Assembly: GCF_001194135.2 (NCBI RefSeq)
Contig: NC_068981.1
Span: forward strand, 187,908,324 to 187,972,323
Direction: 5' to 3'
Source of the DNA: Octopus bimaculoides
Lineage: Eukaryota
Length of the DNA: 64,000 nucleotides
Position 1 is the first letter of the stretch. Each line of letters begins with the position of its first letter. The translations under genes were made by a program, and so were the position numbers. Positions 1-13,314 of the stretch are shown one piece after another. The notes beneath the pieces are model-generated. The model worked only from the letters and a program-made list of their open reading frames with translations, was not told the origin of the DNA and made no database searches.

Positions 1-228
1 TCTTTCACGTTGCTCCAGTCCACTCAGCTCTAGATATGAATTGCGATGTCACTGGTGCGAAGCTCTAGCGGCCTTGGACCTTCCCTTGGACAACATCGGT
101 GCAGTGGAGAGGCTGGTATGTAGGGGTGACTACTGTTCTTCCATAAAAAGAACCTGTGCGGACTTGTACTTCGGAGAGGAACTTCCTACGTGCCATTCCA
201 TGGCTACTCATGACCTAAGGGGGTCATT
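1..228 (+). mobile_element. SINE family C, 3' body (head lies before the window)
   Basis: Colinear with the reverse complement of 18725-18960 (CACGTTGCTCCAGT.CACTCAGCT...CTTCCATAAA...CATGACC.AAGGGGTC). Confidence 0.8.
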
Positions 229-256
229 ACCTTTAACTTTATATATATATTTATAT

Positions 257-289
<33 letters not shown>

Positions 290-290
290 A

Positions 291-325
<35 letters not shown>

Positions 326-1892
326 AATACGCTCACACACACCTACATAATGCATAATGTTTGTATGTGTATACGTATTTATACACGCTCACATAAACGG
401 ATATAATATATACATGTATATACATACATATATATATATATATATATNNNNNNNNNNNNNNNNNNNNNNNNNNNNNNNNNNNNNNNNNNNNNNNNNNNNN
501 NNNNNNNNNNNNNNNNNNNNNNNNNNNNNNNNNNNNNNNNNNNNNNNNNNNNNNNNNNNNNNNNNNNNNNNNNNNNNNNNNNNNNNNNNNNNNNNNNNNN
601 NNNNNNNNNNNNNNNNNNNNNNNNNNNNNNNNNNNNNNNNNNNNNNNNNNNNNNNNNNNNNNNNNNNNNNNNNNNNNNNNNNNNNNNNNNNNNNNNNNNN
701 NNNNNNNNNNNNNNNNNNNATATATATATGCTCGTCCCCCCACCATCGCTTGAAAGGAGAGAGGGGAAATAAGCTATATTAAATCTCTGAACGAGATGTA
801 AACTGTAACAGCACGGAATCGTAAAATATATGTGCCAACTAAATATGCTTGAATTTAATTCAATATTTTCCATTTCGGTGAGCTCTTTCATAAATTACTA
901 TTATGTAAAACAATCATGTTATACACTTACAAAGTTTACATTCATATATCTAGCTACGACATTTCGTCCCTCTATTATGAAGTCGAAATTAATTTTCGAG
1001 CTCATTTCTTAGTTTAAACACATAGAAGCGTTTCGAATTGTAAATTATTCGAAAATGTATTCCCGATAGTTCTGGCTGTTTCTATATATAATTGGTTTAG
1101 GTGATACAGTTTCTTTAAATATTACAACACATTTTGCGCAACTTGCTCTTCGATTCAATTGAGGTAAAGATATTAAGTTATCGCAAAACTTTGAGAGCTT
1201 AACTCCCCAAAGCACAGAAATTTGGTCTGATATCTAGATATTGTATTTGACTAAGTGCCTTGATTTAATTTTCCTGTACCTATTTGTTTTAGCTTTACCT
1301 ATGTGGTTTTTATATATATTATCAATCTTCGATCTCGTTCTGTTTTATTTAGCCGTCTCTCTAATATACTTAGCATAAGAAAAACATTCTCAATATAATT
1401 GCGCAGTTATTATAATTTAATAAAGCAGTTCATTCCCGTAATCTGGTTTTGAATTCTTTTCTTAATGTTGATTTTAACTTCTTTGGGTGCACTCACAAGT
1501 ATTTGCATATCGAATTAATTATTCATAAATAATTTCTCGTTATTTTCGACTTTGAATATAATTACTTTCCATTCGTTGGTATATTTAAACGTTGTGAATT
1601 CATCTTGTGATGAAAACCAGATCATATCGGAGATAATATTTTGCAGACTTCCTCATCCTGACACACAACACTCAGTGACAAAAATGTTATTAGCAGAGAC
1701 ACACAAGATGAAAATGAGGGCCCAGCAAAGTAATTGTTGGTGGAGGGGTCGACAGAAATGTCCAACGTAGTGTGATAATATATACTGCAGTTGCAACTTT
1801 CAGTATCTAAACCTCGCATGTCTTGCAAAAACACCTCCAGTGATTAACATATCCACTTTCCGGACAGACGCGTAGTTTTAACTACAGAAAAA

Positions 1893-2088
1893 TATTCATT
1901 TCTACTCTAGGCACACGGCCCAAAAGTTTGGGGGAGGGGGCTAGTCGATTTGATCGACCTCAGTATGCAACTCGTACTTAATTAATCGACCCCGAAAGGA
2001 AGAAAGACAAAGTCATCTCCGGCGGAATTTGAACTCAGAACGTAAAGACAGACGAATTACCGCTAAGCATTTCGCCCAGCAGCCAACG
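1893..2088 (-). mobile_element. tRNA-derived SINE family A/B (B-type tail)
   Basis: Minus strand reads TTACGTTCTGAGTTCAAATTCCGCCGG..GACTTTGTCTTTCTTCCTTTCGGGGTCGAT, shared with more than 12 copies in the window. B-box GAGTTCAAATTCC. Confidence 0.85.
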
Positions 2089-2089
2089 C

Positions 2090-2326
2090 TTCTTATTTCT
2101 TTATTACCCACAGAGGGCTAAGCATAGAGGGGGCAAACAAGGATAGACAAAGGGATTAAGTCGATTACATCTACCCCAGTGCGTAACTGGTACTTAATTT
2201 ATCGACCCCGGAAGGATGAAAGGCAAAGTCGACCTCGGCGGAATTTGGACTCAGAACGTAACTGCAGACGAAATACCGCTAAGCATTTCGCCCGGCGTAC
2301 TAACGTTTCTGCCAGCTCACCGCCTT
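2090..2326 (-). mobile_element. tRNA-derived SINE family A/B, full length (A-type tail), in tandem with the previous copy
   Basis: Head AAGGCGGTGAGCTGGCAGAAACGTTAG (A-box-like), B-box-like GAGTCCAAATTCC, tail ending GGGTAATAAAGAAATAA. Confidence 0.9.
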
Positions 2327-2589
2327 AATGACAGAAAAATATTACAGTAATATACGACGTGTTCTTACTTTCAGGTACCTGTTCTGCTTTTGTGTTATAT
2401 TTCAAACTTGTAATATTGGTTTAAAATAGTGGCACAAACCAGCATTTCGTCTGGCGTGCTAACGATTCTACCAGCTCGCCCCTTTCGATCTNNNNNNNNN
2501 NNNNNNNNNNNNNNNNNNNNNNNNNNNNNNNNNNNNNNNNNNNNNNNNNNNNNNNNNNNNNNNNNNNNNNNNNNNNNNNNNNNNNNNNN

Positions 2590-2619
<30 letters not shown>

Positions 2620-2620
<1 letters not shown>

Positions 2621-2783
2621 TGCGAAGGCTTCTTGTAGTTTCCCTTGATCCAAATCCACCCAGAAGGATTTGGTCGGTCCAGGGCTAGTAGAAGATACTT
2701 ACTCAAGGTGACACGCACACATTAGGATCGTACCTGAAACCATGCGGTTGGTAAGCAAACTGCTCACTACAGAACCACACCTG
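2620..2783 (-). mobile_element. SINE family D, degraded 5' part
   Basis: Reverse complement aligns to the head of 13315-13460. Confidence 0.65.
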
Positions 2784-3148
2784 TATAATATCTAAGTTCA
2801 TTTTCCAATATTTATTTCGACGAAAGTTGAACACTCACTTATTTTTCTTTGCTTCTTTGTCTCCTTTTCTCTCTCTCACTTTCTTTGTTTCTCACTTTCA
2901 CTTTCTTTCTTTCTTATTTGAAAAGTGAATTGTTTGCGAATAGGTTCTCGTTTTTGCCAGTTGTTTCTGACTTCCATCTATTTATACAATATCACATAGT
3001 CTTCAAGTGTTATTGACACTAACAAGAAAGCATCTATTAAAGAGCTGCATTTATTTAATTTATGAAACACACTACGCACATACAGACATAAACAAATAGA
3101 TATATATATATATGCCCATACAGTAGTATACACACAGACACACAGACA

Positions 3149-3193
<45 letters not shown>

Positions 3194-3949
3194 ATTCATT
3201 CATACATACATTCGCATCTATGTATGTACATATGTATGTATGTACATATGTATGTATACATGTATATATGTATATATAAAGTATATTTATAGCCACGTAC
3301 ATGCGCGCACACACACACATACATATGGACATTCATGCATACACACATGCATTCATACATACATACATACATACATACATACATACATACATACGTACAT
3401 ACGTACATATAGTCGTTGGAAACGTGATAGCTTTATCATTTATATATCCCTCTCACTAATCCTTCATTATTGTACATAAAGATATTTTTCTTTTGTATCT
3501 ATGAAGTATTTATTCACATAATTTAATATAACAATACATCGCAGGAATTCGATTTCGTGTATTACTCTAGTGTTGATTTTTACCGAGTTTGAATACATTA
3601 GCGAAACTTTTCTTGCTCGGTGAATTATTTATGAATACGTTCCTTATTTTTCATGTTATTCCTGTATATCATGTTTGCATGGTATAATATTTTGAAGCAG
3701 TCACAAAACTTAGAAGTCATTTCAATTTTGTTGACGATGGTATTAAGTTCTCAAACGCTCAAGCAAATATCAATTCGTTTCGACTGTATTTATGTTTTCT
3801 GTACATATTAGAACGATTATACTTTGAAGCGATTCCTACCACTGGCGATCATGTCGATGAAGAAAGCGCATTGTATATCATGTAACACTCAACAACCCCC
3901 GTTCAGATTTCTATAAGTAGGCGATAATATCTACAGGGAAACGAGTTAT

Positions 3950-4300
3950 GGAAGAAAAACTATTTCACGGCAAAAAGATAACGTTGTAGTGAGTGACTTG
4001 ATGCCCGTCGTGGACAGAATTTAAAAGGCGCTGAGAAGGAAAGAGATGTTAAAGAGACAACGGACCACTTTTACTGTCATTGGGTGCGGTGTAAACTAAG
4101 AATGTAAGATTCTAATCCGTGAGGTAGCAGCAAGTGGCAGAGATGCTACTGCAGGGATTCTCAGTTTTGTGAACTTTGGGGGAGTAATTCTCGTCAAAGT
4201 ACGAGAATAAGGTTTAGATAAGATAGCGTACGCTGAAGAATTCAAGCAGAAAAGATAAGTTGCCTATGTGCTTCAAACGATTTTACCAACGTCATCTATG
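3950..4300 (-). mobile_element. Possible CR1/L2-group LINE 3' relic
   Basis: Broken minus-strand translation (..VASL..HPMTVKVVRC..) loosely resembles CR1/L2 ORF2 C-termini. Matched by eye only. Confidence 0.25.
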
Positions 4301-5734
4301 CCACTAGAAAGCTCATATATTGCTTCAAATACTAAAATATGTGGCCTAGTATATGTAGGCAAAATCCCATGGTCCTGAAATAATTTTTCCACCATAACTC
4401 AGAGTTCAGTACATATTATCCCCTATTGAGGTCTGGATAAGAATCAACATTTATACAAAATCTTCGACCTGACCGAGTATATAAAACTAGGTGACCGTCA
4501 CCTGATATTTCACTTCAGCGTCTCAACGACTTCGGCTTTTTACACCACCGTATCCAATGTTCCAATCCCCACGAGAAAAATAACACTTCTTTCATTTAGG
4601 ACCCACATGTTTTCCGTGGTTTAAATAATTACTTGCACACATCCATAAATGCTGTACATATACCCCGAAATACACGTGCATACATCGTGTTGTTTTTATT
4701 ATAACAGCACATCAATTACCACATTATAATATTTTATTAAACACACAGAAACAACAACACTAAATACACTCACAGCACAAATACTCATATAAAATGGCCA
4801 CATGCATTTTCTTACAATCTCCATTTACGTACTCGTACAGCAACGCCACATTATACACAAATATACAAGTACTGAGACACACAGCATATACATACAACGT
4901 TAGATACATACGCATAAAATCGCCATGACATACAACTCACGTGCACATTATTTCTTTCAATATTGCTCTCGACTTTGAAAAGTGCCTTTACTTGCTCTCC
5001 CCATTTCGCTCCACCAGTTCATTCCCCATTTAATTACTAATTAACTCGCATGAGCTGCGTTCCACACTAATTTTCTTTCCTTTCATCTTCTTTATTTCTT
5101 TTCTTTCCTTCTCTTACGTTTCTTTTATGAAGGAGAACCAAACCGAAGCATAACAACATTCCAGCTTGAAACTAATAAATTACCTCGGTATTTCCGGTTT
5201 ATGGTTGTGAGTGTTGTTCTTAAGACACTTCCTTGGGTTTCCTACACGCTGATGAATTAATTAGACGCCGTTCCTCGTGGACTATCCTGTTCAGATTACA
5301 CAGTGTCTACGATTACATATACACAAACCCCCACACACAAACACACACTGATACGTATACATATACATACAAGTGTGTTTGTATTTTGGCAGTGAGAATT
5401 TATTATTCAAGTATTTACGTATGTCTGTGTGTATAAGTGTTTGTGTCACACGGACACAAACACATTTCATATCACTACTACTACTACAAAAAAAAAAAAA
5501 TGGTGTTATATCAAGGTGTTAACTCAGCATCTCAATAAATATAATCAATAAAATAATTACCTGATGGAAATACGTAAAAGAGTTGATATTTCCGAAAAAT
5601 AAACCCTTTGAGGCACTCCATCTTCATGGTAACGGAATAATGATCGAAACATTTCGAAGAAGGAATATACACACGGATGAATACGGATGTGCATACATTT
5701 ATACACACATGCATACGCACACTTATATAATATA

Positions 5735-5948
5735 TAGGTTTCAAATTTTGGAACAAGGGAGTAATTTCGAGGGAGGGGACAAGTTGATTACATCGAATCC
5801 AGTACTCGACTGGTACTTATTTCATCGACCGCGAAAGGATGAGAAACTAAGTCAATCTCGATGGATCTTGAACTCAGAACGTAAAGACGGACGAAATGCA
5901 GCTAAACATTTTATCCGGCGTGCTAACGATTTTGCCAGTTCACCGCCT
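5735..5948 (-). mobile_element. SINE family A/B
   Basis: Same consensus blocks as 2090-2326. Confidence 0.8.
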
Positions 5949-5974
5949 AGCACTCTTATATAGCATATTACTTC

Positions 5975-6015
<41 letters not shown>

Positions 6016-6869
6016 TTTTTTCTTTATTATATGGTACAAATATTATATGTATATAAANNNNNNNNNNNNNNNNNNNNNNNNNNNNNNNNNNNNNNNNNNN
6101 NNNNNNNNNNNNNNNNNNNNNNNNNNNNNNNNNNNNNNNNNNNNNNNNNNNNNNNNNNNNNNNNNNNNNNNNNNNNNNNNNNNNNNNNNNNNNNNNNNNN
6201 NNNNNNNNNNNNNNNNNNNNNNNNNNNNNNNNNNNNNNNNNNNNNNNNNNNNNNNNNNNNNNNNNNNNNNNNNNNNNNNNNNNNNNNNNNNNNNNNNNNN
6301 NNNNNNNNNNNNNNNNNNNNNNNNNNNNNNNNNNNNNNNNNNNNNNNNNNNNNNNNNNNNNNNNNNNNNNNNNNNNNNNNNNNNNNNNNNNNNNNNNNNN
6401 NNNNNNNNNNNNNNNNNNNNNNNNNNNNNNNNNNNNNNNNNNNNNNNNNNNNNNNNNNNNNNNNNNNNNNNNNNNNNNNNNNNNNNNNNNNNNNNNNNNN
6501 NNNNNNNNNNNNNNNNNNNNNNNNNNNNNNNNNNNNNNNNNNNNNNNNNNNNNNNNNNNNNNNNNNNNNNNNNNNNNNNNNNNNNNNNNNNNNNNNNNNN
6601 NNNNNNNNNNNNNNNNNNNNNNNNNNNNNNNNNNNNNNNNNNNNNNNNNNNNNNNNNNNNNNNNNNNNNNNNNNNNNNNNNNNNNNNNNNNNNNNNNNNN
6701 NNNNNNNNNNNNNNNNNNNNNNNNNNNNNNNNNNNNNNNNNNNNNNNNNNNNNNNNNNNNNNNNNNNNNNNNNNNNNNNNNNNNNNNNNNNNNNNNNNNN
6801 NNNNTATATATATAAAGATATATTATTCTTATATATGTCACAAAAATATATAATGATTATAAATATCAA

Positions 6870-6903
<34 letters not shown>

Positions 6904-6984
6904 CATATATATTGCATGCATACATATATACATACATATATACATACGTACATACATTTAATGCTCATATTTGATAGTCAATCA

Positions 6985-7320
6985 CGGAAAGGTTGTCAAT
7001 CAGGCTGAGAGCATGTACATCAACAACTTGTCTATCTCCCCTATTTCTAACGATGAAAACTACAATCGATTGGAATGGTTTATACATTGGTGCTGTGAAT
7101 AAAGCCAGATTAACGGAAGAGTACTTCTGTAGACTCAGGAAAATATGGAACTCAGAGCTGTCTGCAATTAACAAAACTATATGTGACAGTGCTTTTGCCG
7201 TACCAGTGCTAGTATCAACATTTGGGATATTGGACTGGACACTCGATGAGATACGCAACCTGAACATAAAGACCAGAAAGGTACCGATCACCACTGGCAA
7301 CTTCCACATTAACAGTGACA
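6985..7320 (+). mobile_element. R4/Dong-type (RLE) LINE ORF fragment, region after the RT
   Basis: EEYFCRLRKIWNSELSAINKTICDSAFAVPVLVSTFGILDWTLDEIRNLNIKTRK..GNFHINSD matches the characteristic R4-clade block (EY.RR.R.I..SELN..NK..AIN..AVPV..YSFG...W...E...LD.KTRK..HP.SD). Confidence 0.75.
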
Positions 7321-7519
7321 CCGGTAGAAGCAAAAGATCAGGACAAATATATATAAAAAACTTAAATAATATCTGTCACTTGTGTTTTAAACTTTGTCAG
7401 TCAGCAGCTGGTCTTAAAAGTCATCTAAGGGCTCATCAATGGAGTGATTGTGCTGTGTGATGGGTTGTGGTGTGCGTTGATTGGACGATTGTCTTCTGTG
7501 AAGATAAAGCAATCATCAT
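7321..7519 (+). mobile_element. RTE-type LINE 3' end with terminal C2H2 finger
   Basis: CHLCFKLCQSAAGLKSHLRAH has exact C-x2-C-x12-H-x3-H spacing, followed by a stop, a short UTR and an ATCATCA end, as in RTE 3' ends. Confidence 0.6.
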
Positions 7520-7537
7520 ACATAGATAGATAGATAA

Positions 7538-7639
<102 letters not shown>

Positions 7640-8894
7640 AGATGGTAGAAAGGGAGAGAGGCAGTGTATTTAACTGTAGATTATTTCACTGTAGATTATT
7701 TCACTGTAGATTATTTCACTACATTCCTTTTAAGTCCTTTCTGTGTAACTTAAGACGTATCTGGCTACCATTTCCAGCATATGCAGACCAAATAGTTATA
7801 CGCTTCCTCATTATCTGTTTTGTTTTTATTCTTATTATGTAGCAACAGCAAATATCACTAATTGCCAAATCTTTCGTTATATACCGTAACTTGCATCAAT
7901 CTTAACATTTTTACTGCCTATTTTCTTTTTTTCGGTTGCTTTCTTTACTAAATTTGAAATTTGTGTCTTAAGTTATTTTGGAAAAGAATTTTTCTTCGAG
8001 TTATAGTAATTACTTCTTTTTGAAGCACCAGCCACATTTGTCTACAAAATAATAAACTTTTGGTTTAATTACACCCAAAATAAATACAATAAAAACATTT
8101 TATTGTTGTCACAGTTTTTTTTGATTATTACTATACAGTAGACAGAAACTACATAAATCACTATTTTAAGCCTTTTCATAAGTGAAATCTCATTCATTCT
8201 TAATAATCAATCGATTCTATGTTCATATCGATTACTCTACTGCTTTTTATAGATAAAGTTATTTTTTGCTTTTTAAATAAAAAAGAACTAATAAGAATAG
8301 GTTACATCGGTGTTTTATGTCTGATCTGCTCTGTTTCTTTCTTATATTGGATTTACCAGTCTAATCTAAGATCCCCTCTGCATAGTTATATATTAAGCAA
8401 TGACGCCCACTCTATCGTACGTACGGATGAAATTAATAAAATTTCAATATGGCGTTCTCAGTAAATATTTTCTTATGAACATTAATATCATTATTGCGTT
8501 CCTTGATAATAAGTGTTATTTTCTCTTGTAGATATATAACGTCTTCCCTAATTTTTTACAATGAAATAGCAATGACAATTTTATGTTTTATCGAAATATT
8601 TTTACACAAGTAATTTCTCTCAGTATCAACTGCCCCAACATTTCCCATGTAATAAGTTTTGTAACAGAAAATTGTTAGTTTTTTCCTCACATAGATGACG
8701 ACTCTTTAGCGTTGATGTAGGAAGGAAACATTTTTTTATTTACTAAATATCTAAGTAAGAATTAATTGCTGTATTACATTAAGTCTGAACTCATTACGTA
8801 TATGAAAGTAGTCTCTTTATCCGACGATTATCTAAAGTGGCAGGTATAGATACTGTTTGTAATAAATGGCTAATTGTTTATACCTAGAGAATAC

Positions 8895-9260
8895 TATGGG
8901 TTTTGCTGCTGGATTTTACAAAGAAAGTGTTTGTGATGACAAGATCATTCAATGTTCAAACCTCCAGAAGTCTCTGGCCATTATCTTTCCTATTCCCAAT
9001 CCCGTGATGGCGAAGACTGCGTAGTCAGATGTGATCATTATTTCCTACAAAGCATTAAATTCCCCAAGTCTGTAGAAACGCTTTTCTCTTAACATCACTC
9101 GAACTGCATCTTAGAGAAAGTTATAGAACAAATTTTAAGGACAAAAGAACTAATGAGGTTCACCTGTCCTTATGTTGTGAGAAGCCAGAAGGGCATAATT
9201 TGTTCTGAGATGCCTACTGGTGTTATTGTAATAACACCAATATTGTACATGAAAGGAATT
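8895..9260 (-). mobile_element. RTE-type LINE APE endonuclease relic
   Basis: Minus strand, with stops and frameshifts: PVGISEQIM..GQVNLIS..LGEFNA..HGIGNRKDNGQRLLE..NDLVITNTFF. Confidence 0.8.
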
Positions 9261-10031
9261 CCCACAATAATAAATATAACAACTATATTTAATGTTGTTT
9301 TAGGAAATAAGGGAAAAAAACTGAACATATTTGAAAATTGGAAATGAAGATATTATAAATGAAGATAAGTAAAATTATTATTTTCAGATATAAAGAAAAA
9401 AATAGAGATTATAGAAATGAATTTTTGTTGGACTTTATACTTTATTCTTTGTAATTTAAAATTTTAAAAATTGCATTTCGTTAAGAAAATAATTAATTCC
9501 TAGGGTGCCATATTTTCCAATTCTATAAAATGCTTATAAATATGTTTATGATTAAAACTTCTCAACACATTTTTTCGTATTACTATAATTATCCTAATTA
9601 TAATGGCTGTAGTCTCAAGAGCAATTTTGTTTATGAAAATCTTTTTCCTTAAAGTATATGATTACAGATATTCAATAAAGCTTCCGAAAAATGTGAATTT
9701 AATCATGAAAGTATGAAGGCTTATAGAAAATCTAAAGAATAAAACTTTATCGATTGATGTACATTTTTCTATTCCTTGTGGTATCAAAAGACACAAACAA
9801 ATATGCTACGAGGTATTCAGAAATACATTTTATAATTGGTATGAAGTCTATGTCATTATTGATGTTACAAAGTATAACAAAGTTAGACATTTTTTACACT
9901 TCTCAAAAACATGACAGAAGATTTAATTTTTGTATTTGTTTTAGAATTTTAGATATTTAACACCCCAATATAGTGTTTCGAATAATATTTAAAACATTTT
10001 CTATTCGGAGTAACCAATGAAAAATGAATAG

Positions 10032-10391
10032 ACAATTGTTTTCGATCATTCTACTTGAAAAATATATACTACGAAAAATATTGAGAAATTACGAAATCTT
10101 TAAAATTCGATTTTAAACTTAAGCATCGTGAAAATTATTTGCCATCTAATTGTGGCTAACCCTTAAGGATTGATGCTACTGTAGCTTGTAGCCCCAGGAA
10201 GATATCTCCTCCAGCTGGCTATTGACACACTATCTGTGCCCTATCAGTATTTGGAAAGGGAAGTCACCGTTCCCATCTTCAGTCTGACGTGATACACACG
10301 ATACAATTGTTTTCGAACATTTTGCTTGAAAAATATATACTACGAAAAATATTGAGAAATTACAAACTCTTAAAAGTTCGATTTTGAACCT
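10032..10391. repeat. Two ~90-bp direct repeats, period 271 bp
   Basis: ACAATTGTTTTCGA.CATT...CTTGAAAAATATATACTACGAAAAATATTGAGAAATTAC occurs at 10032 and 10303. Confidence 0.85.
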
Positions 10392-11689
10392 AAACAAGGT
10401 AAGCGCCAGATATTTTAGCAAAATTCTGTTATACTTCTATGATGTTTTCTGTGTCATTTTTACATTTTTCAAGAAACTGTTTTCAATATTTCATAAACAT
10501 GTTTTGTAAAATATACATTAAGACAAAGGGTTTAAATGATTCATTTCGTTTATGTGGATTTATACTTTCAAACTATGTAGAGTTTCAAGCTCTACCCAGC
10601 CTACATGTACTTTCTGCTTAAGAATTTCCAAATTGATATATTGGGATTAGTACATTTATCGAAAAATAATTCAATGGCTTCCTCAGAATTTAAATGTCAC
10701 TACACCTCAAATAACACGATGCAACCATATAATGAATATTCATTTTCAAAGCATTCGTCTTGACTGCATATGTCTTTCGATAAATGCGTAGTAGCTAATC
10801 AAGAGACAAATAAGTTGATGGCTTACACATTCGCTCCCTAAATAAAAAATAAGAAAAGAAAAGAAAAACACTGGAAAACAATGAGGTTCGTCTTTCTTTA
10901 AGCTTTCTTTATTAAGAACAGAATCTTAAACATGAAAACAACCCTTCTTAGTTGCGAAAACCATATACCGCTTTTTCAAATATATGTTCCAAAGTATTGG
11001 TTTCTTATTATTTAATTTAACCTGTTTAGTTTTCTCTGGAATTCAGTGTGGCCTAATTTTTGGCAGCGTTAAGCTCTACAAAGATAGCTGAGCTCCAAAC
11101 CAGAAGATAAACTTTTGTCCCCATCTTGTTGATATTCAAGTGTTTGTAACATGCTGTTGTATACAACGAGCAAGTGAAGAAGTTTCTATATGGTTACTCA
11201 ACGTGATTAGTAGTCAAATTCCTCTCAAATCACAGCATCCAGCCTTAAAAGCTAATACACATATTGGATAAGGTAATTCTACATAAAACTGTACCAGAAT
11301 GAAAAGTTACTGAATGGAGCATTCGTTGATTATAGGTTTTCTTTGTTGAAACTTGGGTAAGATTACAATAACAAGAAGTAAAATGAAAACCAATATACTT
11401 AGTAGATTATGGCTACATGTTGCCATCTGAATTTTCGATCAAATAACAATTCTTACTCGGAATTTCTCTTTACTAAATTGGATTCTAAAAAACTTGGTTC
11501 GGTGTATTTTGCACCACTAACGGATATTTATACCTGACTCATATAGTTTTTCATAATAGAGTAGATTGTTACATGCCGGTAATTCTTTCTTATTTACCCA
11601 CTCACTCCACTCATTGTTAATTTTTTCATATCTGTTGTTCCTCATCCGTATCATCTCTGATTCTGTTCTACGTCCTAATAAACCTTTCT

Positions 11690-11876
11690 TATTTGGGCAC
11701 AAGGTCATCAAATTTGAGCGGTGGAGAAATCAATCACATCCACACCCAGCATTCAACTATTACGAAAAGATGAAAAGCAAACTCGACCTCACCGTAATGT
11801 GAACTCAGAAAGTAAACACTGAAAAATGCAGCCGAGCGTGTTGTCCGGTGCGGTAACGATTCAGCCAGCTCACTAC
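11690..11876 (-). mobile_element. SINE family A/B, degraded
   Basis: Residual GAACTCAGAA / CTCGACCTC / CCAGCTCAC blocks. Confidence 0.6.
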
Positions 11877-12229
11877 GTTCTGGTAAAAGTAGTGCTTACT
11901 TCAAAGCCATTTTAACAGGAAGGAAAATTTTAATTTCCGGAAACTTAAGCAATAGTCAAAGAGCTTAATGGTAGATACAAAGAATAAGCCAAATTACTTG
12001 ACAGTTGTGTAAATAATACATTCAGACAAAAGCACAATTGCCGGCAAATGATCAGCTAAAAAAAATCACAGTATGTGTGTGTGTGCGTGCGGGCACAAGC
12101 GCGTGTCTGTCTATGTGTTTATATATATATGCGTGTATGTACATGTACACACATATATACGCATTCATATTTACGTCTCTACATTTTTATGCATATTTAT
12201 ATACATATTTCTATATATCATATACACTA

Positions 12230-12359
12230 TATTAAAAAGTAGCAAAAATATCACAAAAAACTGTTATTCAGAGTTTAGATTCTAAACAAAACTGTCCGAC
12301 GAACGGGAACGGGAAACTCAGAGCAATAGTTTTTGTGATATCTTTGCTGCTTTTTAATA
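12230..12359. repeat. Short foldback element (MITE-like), ~47-bp imperfect inverted arms
   Basis: TATTAAAAAGTAGCAAAAATATCACAAAAAACTGTTATTCAGAGTTT (12230-12276) versus the reverse complement of 12314-12359, TATTAAAAAGCAGCAAAGATATCACAAAAACTATTGCTCTGAGTTT. Confidence 0.75.
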
Positions 12360-12450
12360 AAGCATATTACACTACCTCTGGTATTCGAGTACTATTTTTT
12401 CCACCTTGTTTCGCATTTATGTGATGACTTTGGTATATATATATGCATAC

Positions 12451-12526
<76 letters not shown>

Positions 12527-13314
12527 TCTGGATGTGTACGTGTGTGCGGGTACTTGCATATATGGACGCGCGTGTGTGTGTGTGTGTGTGCGTGTGCGTG
12601 CATGCGAGAATGTGCGTATATAGACGTGTTTTACCCTTATTGCTTTTTTTACACTTTTTTCTGTATTTTGCCCTTAGCCCTGTTTTTTTTTGTTCATGTG
12701 CATATATAGACATGTGTATGAATCTTTTTTGCGCGCATGTGTATGTGTGCGAGCGTGTTGCTCGCGTGTGTGTGCGTGCGAGCGTGTATGCGGATATGTA
12801 TATATTTTTTGGCGAATGTGTGGGTAAGCATATATGTGTTTCAAGTTAGGGTGGACGAGTATATACATATGGGTGCAATTCGTGGGTTTGCGGGCGCGCA
12901 TGCGTATGTATGGACTGGTGCGCTTACGCGAATACTATGGACATTTTCACTCCCTTACTTTTACTCCCTCCCCTCACTTAGCGGTCATTCTAATAGGTTT
13001 TATAGTGTTGCAGTATTATCGGATGAAAATTAGGCTTTAGTTTCTGTTATCAAATATGTTTTGAACAGATTCTTCTATTTTCCACGGCACTTCTTAACAG
13101 TTCACTACGCAATGCTGTGCATGAGTTTTGTTTCTCTTGCTTTTTTTTTTCTCCTTTTGACTAACTTCACTTATTCTCTTATATATTATTTTCTATTGGG
13201 ATTAAATTCTTGATGCTAACATAATTTTCCATCAAACATAGTACTGAAGATTTGGTTGTATTTCTGTAATTTCAAACATTATATATTCCTTGATCATCTT
13301 CAAATGTTCAATAT

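Noticed and set aside
5248-5280. CTGATGA motif
   Set aside because: No stem II or GAAA follows.
5852-7008. Long ORFs (250-390 aa) here and at 13865-15025, 32735-33609, 35130-36306, 41982-43162, 45697-46686 and 62842-63411
   Set aside because: They run through N gaps and dinucleotide repeats and carry no coding information.
7672-7720. Short spaced repeats (ACTGTAGATTATTTC x3; also the 21-bp unit at 56330-56375 and the 19-bp unit at 43956-43995)
   Set aside because: Simple head-to-tail minisatellites without unique spacers. Not CRISPR-like, and the context is eukaryotic.
8219-8464. 81-aa hydrophobic ORF resembling a membrane peptide
   Set aside because: Hydrophobicity is expected from T-rich DNA, and there are no motifs or convincing splice signals.
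12038-13040. Many overlapping YI/HT/CV-rich ORFs
   Set aside because: Translations of degenerate (TA)n/(CA)n microsatellite.
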